A stretch of DNA of 64,000 nucleotides from Candidatus Latescibacterota bacterium (lineage in GTDB: Bacteria > Latescibacterota > UBA2968 > UBA8231), in assembly GCA_965223905.1 (NCBI GenBank), contig CBDCXV010000010.1, positions 1,408,001-1,472,000 on the forward strand, given 5' to 3'. Numbering within the stretch: the stretch's first letter is position 1; each line of letters starts with the position of its first letter. The position numbers were made by a program, and so were the translations under genes. The notes under the pieces are model-generated. The model saw only the letters and a program-made list of their open reading frames with translations, was not told the DNA's origin and did no database searches. Below are positions 1 through 9,057 of this stretch, one piece after another.

Positions 1-10
1 GACTGAAGAA

Positions 11-1333
11 ATGACCAAGATAGAAGGGTTTCGAGTAAGGAACTTCAAGCTGCTCAAGGATGTGACATTGGGCCGCTTGTGGAACCAAAGGGAGATCCCA
101 CCTCTCACTCCCATGACGGCGGTGATCGGCAAGAACGGAGTAGGGAAAAGTGTTCTGTTCGATGCATTCGGATTCCTCGCCGACGCCCTGAAACTCGGTG
201 TCGAAGAGGCTTGCGACGCCCGGGGTCGCGGCGGCTTCGAGAGAATGCGGACCCAGGGAGAGACGGGGGCCATCGAGTTCGAGGTGTACTACCGGGAGCA
301 TGGAAAGGCCCGTCCGATTACCTATGAGATCGCCATTGAAGCAGACGAGTCGGAGCGTCCCTATGTATCGCGGGAACGTCTCAGGCAGAGAAGGAGAAAT
401 CAGAGCCGTGGCCGACCGTTTTCCTTCCTGTGGCTGAAAGACGGCCGGGGTGTGGCATGGAAGGGAGAGGAAGGGTATGAAGCGAGGGACATCCACATGA
501 AGGGCTTGGTGGACGAAGCAATCGCGGAGGACGATATCGAGAAGAAGCGATCGAAGGTGGAAGAGTTGATAAAACTGATCAGGAAGGAGGAGCCCAACGA
601 GACCGAACAGATCGAGTTGGAAGACCGCCACAGGCTTGGCATTGCTACGGTCGGCGCCTTGAAGCAACATCCGCGAATCTCCGCATTCCGCCACTTTATC
701 GAAGGATGGTACCTCAGTTACTTCACCCCGGCCGCGGCTCGGAGCCTGCCGCTGGCCGGTCCTCAGAGACATCTGAATAGTCAAGGGGACAATCTCGGCA
801 ACATCGTGCAATTCATGGAGCGTGAGCAGCCGCAACGCTTCGGGGCCATCTTGAAACAGATAGCCGGCAGGATACCGGGCATAGATCAGATCGACACGGA
901 AAGAACCAATGACGGCCGGCTGCTGCTACGGTTCAACGACAGGAGCTTTCAGGATCCCTTCTATGCCCAGCAAGTATCCGATGGAACGCTCAAGGTATTC
1001 GCCTACCTGCTGCTGCTCCAAGATCCGGCGCCGGCCCCGTTTCTGTGCATCGAGGAGCCGGAGAACGGCCTCTATCACAAGCTGCTGGAGACCCTGGCCA
1101 ACGAATTCCGGGAACATGCGACCGGGAGCAAGGGCTCGCAGGTCTTCGTTACGACCCACCAGCCGTACTTCGTGGACGCACTCTCCCCGGAGGAGGTCTG
1201 GATTCTGGAGAAGGGTGAGGATGGTCTTTCAAAGATTCGACGAGCCAGCGACGATCCGACTGTGAACAACATGGTCGAGGAAGGATTGCCGTTGGGCGGT
1301 CTTTGGTTCAGCGAGTACCTCGACGCCAGGTGA
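11..1333 (+). CDS. ABC-type (AAA_21/AAA_15-like) ATPase
   Basis: Walker A GKNGVGKS, signature-like VSDGT, Walker B CIEEPENGL, H-loop TTHQPY; N-terminal 'RVRNFKLL' typical of SMC/RecF-like ABC ATPases. Confidence 0.9.
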   Translation: MTKIEGFRVRNFKLLKDVTLGRLWNQREIPPLTPMTAVIGKNGVGKSVLFDAFGFLADALKLGVEEACDARGRGGFERMRTQGETGAIEFEVYYREHGKARPITYEIAIEADESERPYVSRERLRQRRRNQSRGRPFSFLWLKDGRGVAWKGEEGYEARDIHMKGLVDEAIAEDDIEKKRSKVEELIKLIRKEEPNETEQIELEDRHRLGIATVGALKQHPRISAFRHFIEGWYLSYFTPAAARSLPLAGPQRHLNSQGDNLGNIVQFMEREQPQRFGAILKQIAGRIPGIDQIDTERTNDGRLLLRFNDRSFQDPFYAQQVSDGTLKVFAYLLLLQDPAPAPFLCIEEPENGLYHKLLETLANEFREHATGSKGSQVFVTTHQPYFVDALSPEEVWILEKGEDGLSKIRRASDDPTVNNMVEEGLPLGGLWFSEYLDAR

Positions 1334-1338
1334 TCAGA

Positions 1339-1845
1339 GTGCACTTCGAGATCCTCGTCGAAGATACTTCGGGCAAGCGAGCGCTGGACATCTTGGTTCC
1401 GAAGATCGTGGACGATCAGCACACCTTTCGGGTTCATGCGTACAAGGGGGTCGGGCGCATTCCAAGGGGGTTGACGGGTGGCACTGAGGCGACGAAGCGC
1501 CTCCTGCTCGACCAGCTTCCGAGGTTGCTCCGGGGATATGGGAAGACCTTTGCCGGGTATGGCGCCAGCTACCGCGCTGTGGTCATCGTGGTTTGTGACT
1601 TGGATGACAGATGCCGGAGGACCTTTCGCCAAGAACTCCTTGGAGTCCTGGAGCACTGCAACCCGAGACCGGAAAAGTCAACTTGGGCGGAGAGAATCGT
1701 CCCGGAGTTGGACGTGGAGAAAAACGCATCTCCGAGTTTTCGATACTTCAGGGAGAAACTCAGGGAGCTTACCTCAGAGAGGAGGAGTGGAGATGGGAAC
1801 CTCGGTGCGCAGGGAAATCTCGCTGGAGAAGGTTGTCCGGCGTGA
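1339..1845 (+). pseudogene. DUF4276-family (TOPRIM-like) protein, apparently with an in-frame internal deletion
   Basis: GTG at 1339 gives MHFEILVED...VVCDLDD, and the C-terminal EKSTWAERI...NASPSFRYF is also present. The central 'IEEGEAW.LGD' block I expect from family members is absent (CNPRPE joins directly to KSTWAE at ~1673). Confidence 0.65.
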
Positions 1846-2056
1846 TCCAGAAGTCCATAGTGGCGATCTGGTGTTTGCCGGCACGCGCGTCCCGGTAGAC
1901 AGCTTGGTGGCTTACCTCAAGGGTGGGCACTCCATCGAGGAGTTTCTCCAGGATTACCCCACGGTCGAGCGGTGGCAACTGGAGTCCTATCTCGAGCTGT
2001 CTTCCAAAGGACTTGATCACATGAGCGAGCGAGATCCTTCCAAGGGGACGACATGA
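1793..2056 (+). CDS. DUF433-domain putative antitoxin
   Basis: RDPEVHSGDLVFAGTRVPVDSL...GHSIEEFLQDYP motif; GGAGG RBS upstream of ATG 1793; stop overlaps the next ATG (ATGA). Confidence 0.85.
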   Translation: MGTSVRREISLEKVVRRDPEVHSGDLVFAGTRVPVDSLVAYLKGGHSIEEFLQDYPTVERWQLESYLELSSKGLDHMSERDPSKGTT

Positions 2057-5000
2057 CGACCAGATCATCCCGGAAACCCTGGCACGAGGTCGTGCAGCTG
2101 CGCGACGACCTGAAGACGGGGGAGCTGTCGCTGGCCGTCTTCGCTGCCGACCTCTATGACGTGGTCATGCAGAAGGGCCAGCGGCCGGTGTACGAGCAAC
2201 CCGAGGAGTTCTTCGCCCTCACCTTCCCCACCCTGAACCTGCGGGAGCTGGTCAAGGACGTCTGCCACCGTCTCGCCGGCCGCAGCGACAAGGCCTACCG
2301 CAAGCTTTCCGTCAACTACGGCGGCGGCAAGACTCACACGCTCATCGCGCTCAGGCACCTGGTCCACGATCCTGCGGCGCTGCCCGTTCTGCCGGCCGTG
2401 CAGGAATTCGAGGCGCACATCGGATTCAGGCCTCCGCAAGCCCGTATCGCGGCCCTGTGCTTCGACAAGATCGACCTGGAGAAGGGTGTCGAGACACCGG
2501 GGCCGGATGGCGAGGTCAGGATGCTCAAGCACCCGTGGAGCATCCTCGCCTTTCAGTTGGCGGGGCCGGACGGCCTGCGGCTCATCCACGCCGACGGCGC
2601 GGACGCCGAGCGCGACACCCCGCCCGCTGAGCCGCTGGTGGTGGAGCTGCTGTCCAGGCCGCAGAGAGACGGACTCTCGACGCTGGTACTGCTCGACGAG
2701 GTGCTGATGTATCTGCGGGTGCTGGCCGAGGCTTCGCAGGAATCACGCGGGCGTCTGGTCAGTTTCTTCCAGTACCTCACGCAGGCGGTGGTCAAGGTGG
2801 ACCGCTGCGCCATGGTGGCCTCGCTGCTCGCCTCCGACCCGAGGAAGCATGACGACCTCGGCCAGGAGCTGCTGCGCGATGTCTCCGAGGTCTTCGGCCG
2901 CCAGATGGAGGAAGACGCCAGTCCGGTGAGCAAGGAGGACGTGGCCGAGGTCCTGCGGCGCCGCTTCTTCACGCCCGAATCGATTCGGGACCAGAGCGTC
3001 TTCCGCCCGCATGTGGCTTCGGCGGTGGGCAGTATCGCCGCCCTCGACGACCAGACCGGGAAGGAGCGGGCCATCGCCGAGGAGCGCTACCTGAACAGCT
3101 ATCCCTTCCACCCGGATCTCACGGAGGTCTTCTACACCCGCTGGACCCAGCTCGACGGCTTCCAGCGCACCCGTGGCATCCTGCGCACCTTCGCCATCGC
3201 CTTGCGCGATGCCGCCGGGTGGGACACCAGCCCGCTCGTGGGGCCCAACGTCTTTCTGCACGAGCCGGGAAAGGATGGCCTGGCCGAGGCCGCGGGCGAG
3301 CTTGCTTCCATTGCCAGCGTCGACACGGATACCGGCCGACCCCAGGAGTGGCGGCCCATTCTCGAAGGCGAGCTCGAAAAGGCGCGCACGATCCAGGACG
3401 AGGCGGCCGGCCTGGCACACCGGGAGACGGAGCAGGCCGTGGTCTCGGTCTTCCTGAGCTCCCAGCCCATCGGCCACAAGGCGCTGACCCGGGACCTGAT
3501 GGTGCTGCTCGGAGCGGGCCATCCGGACAGGATCGAGTTGGAGAAGGCCCTGCGGCGCTGGACGGAGCAGTCATGGTTCCTGGACGAGGCGGAGATCGCC
3601 ACCGGTGAGACCGGCTCGGAGGGGGAACTGCCGAGGGCGTGGCGGCTGGGCAACCGCCCCAACCTGCGCCAGATGCACCACGAGGCCTGCAGCAACCGGG
3701 TGCCGTCCACACTCGTCGAATCGCAGCTCATCGACGCCGTCGACAAGGAGAGGGCCCTCACCTCCGGCGCCTCCGCGGCCGGCGCCAAGGTGCACAACCT
3801 GCCGGAGAGACCGAGCGATATCGGCGACGACGGCGACTTCCACTACGCCGTCCTCGGGCCGCAGGCGGCCTCCGAGTCCGGCAAGCCGAGCGCTCCGGCC
3901 AAGCGCTTCCTCGAGGAGAGGACCTCCCGGGATCATCCCCGGGTCTACCGCAACGCCGTGGTCCTGGCCGTGCCTTCCCGGGACGGTCTCGAGGCGGTGC
4001 GCACGCGGGTCCGGGAGTACCTCGGGTGGGTGGAGGTCCGCGAGCAGCTCAAGGATCAGCCCATCGATCCGCTCCGCGAGCAGATGCTCGCCACAGAGAC
4101 GGAGTCCGCGAGGAGACGCATCCCGGAGGCTGTCCGGCAGGCGTACTCCGTGGTCGTCACCGTCGACGAGAACAACACCGTTCACGCCTTCAAGGTCGTA
4201 GTCACCGGAGAGCCTCTGTTCACGATCATCAAGGCGGACCAGCGGGCGCGTATCCAGGAGACCGCCGTCAGCTCGGAGGCGATGGTGCCGGGCGGTCCCT
4301 ACGACTTGTGGCGCGAAGGGGAGGATTCCCGCCGCGTCAAGGACCTGGTGGGCGCCTTCGCGCAGTTTCCCAAGCTGCCCAAGATGCTGCGGCCGAAAGA
4401 GGTCCTGGACACGGTCGTGGACGGAGTCCGGCAGGGAACCTGGGTGGCGCGGCTCGTACGCCCGGACCGCACCGCCCGAACCTTCTGGCGCACGGACGTG
4501 GACGAGACGGCCCTGCAGGACCCGGCCCTGGAGGTGCTGCTTCCCGAAGCAGCCGAGTTGAGCGGGATCGCCCCGGACCTCCTCGTGCACGAGAAGCTCC
4601 CTGGGCTGTGGCCGTCCGAGGAGGTCGGTGTGCAGGAGGTCTTCGACTACTTCGGCGGCGGACACACCGTGAGCCTGCCGCGGGAGGGGTATGAGGAGAT
4701 TCTGGTCATCCCGAAATGCGAGCCGGCTCACCTGGAAGAGGCCATCTCGCAGGCCGTCGAGCAGGGACTCGTGTGGTTGACGAGCGGTCCCGCCTCGATT
4801 CTCGACGAGCCCGTGCCGGCGGGAATCCTCACCAGTGCCGCGAAACTCAGGCCGCGGCCTGAACCGATCGAGGTTGCCGAGTTGATGGCCGAGTCGATCC
4901 CCGACGCCTGGAAGGATGGCAAGGCCAACGCCCTCGCCCTTGCCACCGCCCTCTCGGCAAAGCTGGGCGCCAATCTGCCCTGGACCACGGTGCGGTCCGC

Positions 5001-5370
5001 CATCGGATCGGCCATCCGAGCGCGCTGGATCGAGCCGACCCCGGACAGCGCGGAATGGCCGTGCGACCTTGCCGGCGCCCAGCACGTGATTCTTCAGGTC
5101 CCTGCCGACGGGACTCGGGAAAAGGAGCCACCTCTCTACGGGGCGGGAAGCGGGTCCCGGACTTCGCCCCGTGCAGAGGCGGTCCTGGAAGCCGACCGGG
5201 TCCAGGACCTGGCCGATCAGGTGCCGGAGCTGTTAAAGGCGGCCGTTGGAAATGAGCTCAGGTTTACGGTCCGCATCGAGGTAGGAGGAGAGACCGCCCC
5301 CAGCCCGGAGGCGGTGGAGAAGATCAACGATCTGCTTGCCGAGGTGTCGGAGGACTTGCGGCTTCAGTAA
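2053..5370 (+). CDS. DUF499-family AAA+ ATPase (BrxC/PglY-related)
   Basis: KPWHEVVQLRDDL...FAADL N-terminus, Walker A YGGGKTH, Walker B LVLLDEV, YPFHP and FQRTRGILR motifs; 1105 aa. Confidence 0.85.
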   Translation: MTTRSSRKPWHEVVQLRDDLKTGELSLAVFAADLYDVVMQKGQRPVYEQPEEFFALTFPTLNLRELVKDVCHRLAGRSDKAYRKLSVNYGGGKTHTLIALRHLVHDPAALPVLPAVQEFEAHIGFRPPQARIAALCFDKIDLEKGVETPGPDGEVRMLKHPWSILAFQLAGPDGLRLIHADGADAERDTPPAEPLVVELLSRPQRDGLSTLVLLDEVLMYLRVLAEASQESRGRLVSFFQYLTQAVVKVDRCAMVASLLASDPRKHDDLGQELLRDVSEVFGRQMEEDASPVSKEDVAEVLRRRFFTPESIRDQSVFRPHVASAVGSIAALDDQTGKERAIAEERYLNSYPFHPDLTEVFYTRWTQLDGFQRTRGILRTFAIALRDAAGWDTSPLVGPNVFLHEPGKDGLAEAAGELASIASVDTDTGRPQEWRPILEGELEKARTIQDEAAGLAHRETEQAVVSVFLSSQPIGHKALTRDLMVLLGAGHPDRIELEKALRRWTEQSWFLDEAEIATGETGSEGELPRAWRLGNRPNLRQMHHEACSNRVPSTLVESQLIDAVDKERALTSGASAAGAKVHNLPERPSDIGDDGDFHYAVLGPQAASESGKPSAPAKRFLEERTSRDHPRVYRNAVVLAVPSRDGLEAVRTRVREYLGWVEVREQLKDQPIDPLREQMLATETESARRRIPEAVRQAYSVVVTVDENNTVHAFKVVVTGEPLFTIIKADQRARIQETAVSSEAMVPGGPYDLWREGEDSRRVKDLVGAFAQFPKLPKMLRPKEVLDTVVDGVRQGTWVARLVRPDRTARTFWRTDVDETALQDPALEVLLPEAAELSGIAPDLLVHEKLPGLWPSEEVGVQEVFDYFGGGHTVSLPREGYEEILVIPKCEPAHLEEAISQAVEQGLVWLTSGPASILDEPVPAGILTSAAKLRPRPEPIEVAELMAESIPDAWKDGKANALALATALSAKLGANLPWTTVRSAIGSAIRARWIEPTPDSAEWPCDLAGAQHVILQVPADGTREKEPPLYGAGSGSRTSPRAEAVLEADRVQDLADQVPELLKAAVGNELRFTVRIEVGGETAPSPEAVEKINDLLAEVSEDLRLQ

Positions 5371-5401
5371 GCAGTTAGCCGAACCTGCGCCATTTCCCGA
5401 C

Positions 5402-5448
5402 CCGGAATCCCTTGTCCAGAAACGGGAAAACCCGTAATTCTTCCCAAT
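5402..5448 (+). repeat. 47-bp dispersed repeat, copy 1 (possible IS91-like end)
   Basis: CCGGAATCCCTTGTCCAGAAACGGGAAAACCCGTAATTCTTCCCAAT matches 32867-32913 at 41/47 positions without gaps. Confidence 0.8.
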
Positions 5449-5480
5449 GAAGCACTATCTTAGGAATTGTAATCTACATT

Positions 5481-5996
5481 ATGATAGATTTAAATTGTCT
5501 TGGCAAAGGCCTCCCGGCTATCACACCGAACTTCGGCATGGCGCTGGCAGAGGCCGGAGGCGTATGCTTGGAATCACAGAATCACGCGCAAGGTGTCCAA
5601 CTTCGCGTCCGAGGATACAGTAACAGACGCTATCCCTTGGCATGGCCTCCAATTACTGAGCAAATCCGTAGGTGTTGGAATGACCATGAGGTTGCCACCG
5701 AACATGGCGCGATAGGTATCGCGGTTTTGCTAGCACACAAGGAGATCGGTTACACAGTGATTGAGCGTTCGCGGAAAGGTACTGGTTTCGATTATTGGAT
5801 GGGCGAAGGGGTAGACGAGCCCTTTCAGCACGAAGCTCGGCTGGAAATATCGGGGATCCGCAAGGGCAGCGATAGCGATGTGCAAGAAAGAATGAGACAG
5901 AAGCTAAAACAGACAGACCGGTCTGACGGGTCTTTTCCAGCGTACGTAATCGTAGTTGAGTTTGGACAACCCCATGCTGAGGTGCAGGAAAAATGA
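5481..5996 (+). CDS. Hypothetical protein, possible PD-(D/E)xK-like nuclease fold
   Basis: 171 aa; ERSRKGTGFDYW...ARLEISGIRKG (D...ExSG arrangement); lower GC than flanks. Confidence 0.6.
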   Translation: MIDLNCLGKGLPAITPNFGMALAEAGGVCLESQNHAQGVQLRVRGYSNRRYPLAWPPITEQIRRCWNDHEVATEHGAIGIAVLLAHKEIGYTVIERSRKGTGFDYWMGEGVDEPFQHEARLEISGIRKGSDSDVQERMRQKLKQTDRSDGSFPAYVIVVEFGQPHAEVQEK

Positions 5997-6418
5997 ATGT
6001 TCGCGATTCCCACAATAAGGCCATGGATTTTGCCGAACGCGCTTTTGTGGCACGCATACAAGGCCGGCGAGAACAAGCACACAATTTTTTTGTTCAAGCA
6101 ATGGAATATGAACTTGAGGCGATCGCTCAATTAGAAGAATTAGGGGGACGAATCGAACCAACTTACTCGGTGTTGCACCGCAGTGCTGGAACGTTGGCAT
6201 TAGACTGCAATCAGCCTAAAAAGGCCGGTGAGATTGTAAAAAAAGCCCTCAATCAGAATCCGCCTCAAGAGATCGCGGAAGAACTACATGAGCTTCAGCA
6301 TCAAATATACTTGTTCTTATTGCCTTCATTATCGCAGCATAGCTATTGGATTGATGGAGACATTCAAAGAGGTTCCAATTCCAGCATACCGATTCGTACT
6401 CTTAAGGAGGTGGCCTAA
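5993..6418 (+). CDS. Helical TPR-like hypothetical protein
   Basis: ATGA overlap with the upstream gene; HNKAMDFAE...EPTYSVLHRSAGTLALDC...PPQEIAEEL helical-repeat pattern. Confidence 0.6.
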   Translation: MNVRDSHNKAMDFAERAFVARIQGRREQAHNFFVQAMEYELEAIAQLEELGGRIEPTYSVLHRSAGTLALDCNQPKKAGEIVKKALNQNPPQEIAEELHELQHQIYLFLLPSLSQHSYWIDGDIQRGSNSSIPIRTLKEVA

Positions 6419-7161
6419 TGTATCTCACCGCTCATAGAGTTCGACGAATAAAAGGCAATGACGTCGAGGTCGGCATCGATGCTTTCCTCCATCGTCACAA
6501 AGCGCATGACTTTCCCCATACGCCATTCGACGATCAAGTCATTGATTTGATTACCAATAAGAATCCAGGAAAACTCATCGCTGAATCTGTGGACTTAGTA
6601 CCGGGAGGAAATTCAGTTCTCAGCTTTATTGATATTGTTGGCACGGAAAATATCGACAGCACGCGCATCAAGAACCTCTTCGACCAAATGGGACTTCATA
6701 TTGAAGGGATGCATGCCCCTATTACCAAAATTGAGGCAGATCTCGCTGTCAGGTTTGGAATCACTTATGGATTAAAGGGACATGAGGTAAAAGAGTATAA
6801 GGCCCTCACAGAACGGGCTATGCTTCTGTTCGAGTCTCCGGAGCCTCCCAAGTGGCGTTCTGAAAATCCGTGGATCGTGATTGATCGCAAAATTACTGAT
6901 ACCCAAGAGACATTCAGCTTATCGTCTGAAGCCGCCAAAAACCTCAGACAGATGCATAATGAGCTTTGGGTTCCCAAAAGAATTTCTGTAGAACATGGAA
7001 CAAAAATTGTCGCTGAATCCATGTATGGAGACTTGATACAGCACATTGCACCGGTGATAACAGGCTTAACCCTCGAACAGATTGCAGCACAAGGCGGATT
7101 AATACTTCACGATTCGTCGAGCCAAAACAAAATTAAATGGCCTGAATTAAAGGAACTATAG
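6418..7161 (+). CDS. Hypothetical protein
   Basis: 247 aa, AAGGAGG RBS, TAATG coupling to the upstream gene, same low-GC composition. Confidence 0.7.
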   Translation: MYLTAHRVRRIKGNDVEVGIDAFLHRHKAHDFPHTPFDDQVIDLITNKNPGKLIAESVDLVPGGNSVLSFIDIVGTENIDSTRIKNLFDQMGLHIEGMHAPITKIEADLAVRFGITYGLKGHEVKEYKALTERAMLLFESPEPPKWRSENPWIVIDRKITDTQETFSLSSEAAKNLRQMHNELWVPKRISVEHGTKIVAESMYGDLIQHIAPVITGLTLEQIAAQGGLILHDSSSQNKIKWPELKEL

Positions 7162-7230
7162 GCCCAACGCGAATGCACCCAGCCTCTCAATGACCCAAAT
7201 CGACCCAACGGGTGCCCATGGGTCCGACCT

Positions 7231-7372
7231 CTGCGAAAGGTTGGTTTCGCGCTTGTTAGGCAACGAGGGAGTCACGCGATTATGAAGCACCCTGATGGAC
7301 GGAGCACAGTTGTGCCCATTCACGGCGGTGAAATGACCGGCGTTGGCCTTATGTCCAAGATTCAGAGAGATG
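7231..7372 (+). pseudogene. hicA: HicA-family toxin remnant
   Basis: In-frame LRKVGFALVRQRGSHAIMKHPDGRSTVVPIHGGE...GLMSKIQRD is the HicA GSH/VPxH pattern; no intact start and no hicB. Confidence 0.7.
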
Positions 7373-7626
7373 AAGAGAAGGGTGACATACCCAAACTTCA
7401 AGGAAGCAGCATGGATCGAACGATTGGCTGCCGTCTTGGAACACGTGGCGGCAGAGGGGCGACCGTCCTACTCTCTGCGTCCAGCTGACATGCGCAGATC
7501 GGGTCCAATCGATGAGTTTTTGACAACACTCCATCGCGGATACCGCGCCCTCGCGGAACAAGCGAAATCCGATCCAGCAGGAAAGCTGGCGGCTCTGGTG
7601 ACAGCACGGCCTTCGTTATCCCTCTC

Positions 7627-9057
7627 GTGAACATGTCCGACGACAATTTCCGCGAGTCCCTGACGAGTCAACAGCGCAATCTGTTGCTGGCCGAGCCGGT
7701 CGCGCGACTATCCATCGATCGACGTGTAATTTTCAAGGACGATCCGACGATCGCCGACCGCCTGGATGTCCAGTATCTGGCGCTGAGCGCGATCGATTTC
7801 GTCATGGAACGTTCAGCGGTCGAGTCGGGTGCATCGCCGGGCGAAGTCGTCGAGCATGTCGCCGCCGAAGCGGCGCGGGTGAAGCCGAGTCTGACGGACG
7901 AACAGAGCCGCAAGGTCGGGCAGGTGGTTCTCGACTATCTCGCCAACGCCCGGGACGGGCACAAGGCGTTCCGCGTCGAGTACTACGACGCCGGCCGCGA
8001 CGGCTATTCGTTTCACGACTTCCAGCTGTTGGCCCTGTCCTTCGCCGCCGACGGATCAGTCAGGTTCAAGCTAGCCCGCGGGGCACAGATCCTGACGCTC
8101 GCGATGCTCGATGTGGCGCCCGAGTTCGCGCAGGAAGCTGAGGCGATCATGATCCGAAAGGCGGTCGAACGCGGCCGATTCAAGGATGCGCGGACCCTGG
8201 CCCAGCGCGCCCGCATGCGCTCTATCCACTATCAGCAGTTCATAGAAGACCGGCTGTTTGAGGTCCGGCGCGACGCCGACCGCATTGTCTGGAGCGAGAA
8301 GGTGCTGCCCGAGCTCGACGAAGCCCGCGCGCATCTGAGCGAACGTCGCAAGCACGAAACCGCAATCATCGAATCGGTCCGGGAGCATATCGCGAATGCA
8401 CGCGGCGACACGCGGGATCACCTCGTCGATCTCAAGAACACGATCGACGAATGCCGCCAGCGTCATGCAGCCCTTTTCGAACGCGTCATGACCGCGTCGG
8501 AAGAATTCCGCCGGATTCAGGTGAACGCGTTCCGGGCGCGCCGTACGCAAAACGTGCCCGATCTCGAGGAGCGAATTCTCCTTCCTCTGCTTGCCTCGCA
8601 GATGAGAGCGGTATCCGGAATGAGCGACGAGGTCGGGATCGTCTTCGCAGCCCCCACGCCGCCGCGGCTTTTCGATCTGGCGATGTTGCTCGAGAGCGTC
8701 ACCCAGCCTCGGTTCCGCCGCGACCCCGCCGGTGAGCACGATGAGCACGATCTCGTGGGGATCGAGCGCGTGCCGCCCGAATTTGACGCCGACGAGATTG
8801 GAGAAGCACAGGAGTGGCTGGCCCGGGAGATCTCGACGCGCATTCGCCTGGACATGGCATCGGCAATCGGCGCCGCCGAACGACAAGGTCTCGCGGAGTC
8901 CACCCTGCGCTGCGTGCTGTTTCTGATGCTGCGGTCTTGGTGTCCTCAGGACGATCCTCTTGGGGTCATCGCTTCGATCGACGGGACGCTCGAGCACAAG
9001 CGCGCCGCTGGTGACAATCTGGTGCTCGCCAAGGATGCAGAGCGATGGCGGACCTGA
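7627..9057 (+). CDS. jetA: Wadjet JetA-like subunit (MukF/ScpA analogue)
   Basis: First gene of a coupled 4-gene operon ending in an SMC-like ATPase and a TOPRIM nuclease; helical, 476 aa. Confidence 0.7.
   Translation: MNMSDDNFRESLTSQQRNLLLAEPVARLSIDRRVIFKDDPTIADRLDVQYLALSAIDFVMERSAVESGASPGEVVEHVAAEAARVKPSLTDEQSRKVGQVVLDYLANARDGHKAFRVEYYDAGRDGYSFHDFQLLALSFAADGSVRFKLARGAQILTLAMLDVAPEFAQEAEAIMIRKAVERGRFKDARTLAQRARMRSIHYQQFIEDRLFEVRRDADRIVWSEKVLPELDEARAHLSERRKHETAIIESVREHIANARGDTRDHLVDLKNTIDECRQRHAALFERVMTASEEFRRIQVNAFRARRTQNVPDLEERILLPLLASQMRAVSGMSDEVGIVFAAPTPPRLFDLAMLLESVTQPRFRRDPAGEHDEHDLVGIERVPPEFDADEIGEAQEWLAREISTRIRLDMASAIGAAERQGLAESTLRCVLFLMLRSWCPQDDPLGVIASIDGTLEHKRAAGDNLVLAKDAERWRT

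Noticed and set aside
1478-1792. Long N-terminal extension of the DUF433 ORF given in the track
   Set aside because: It overlaps the DUF4276 gene; the RBS and domain support the ATG at 1793
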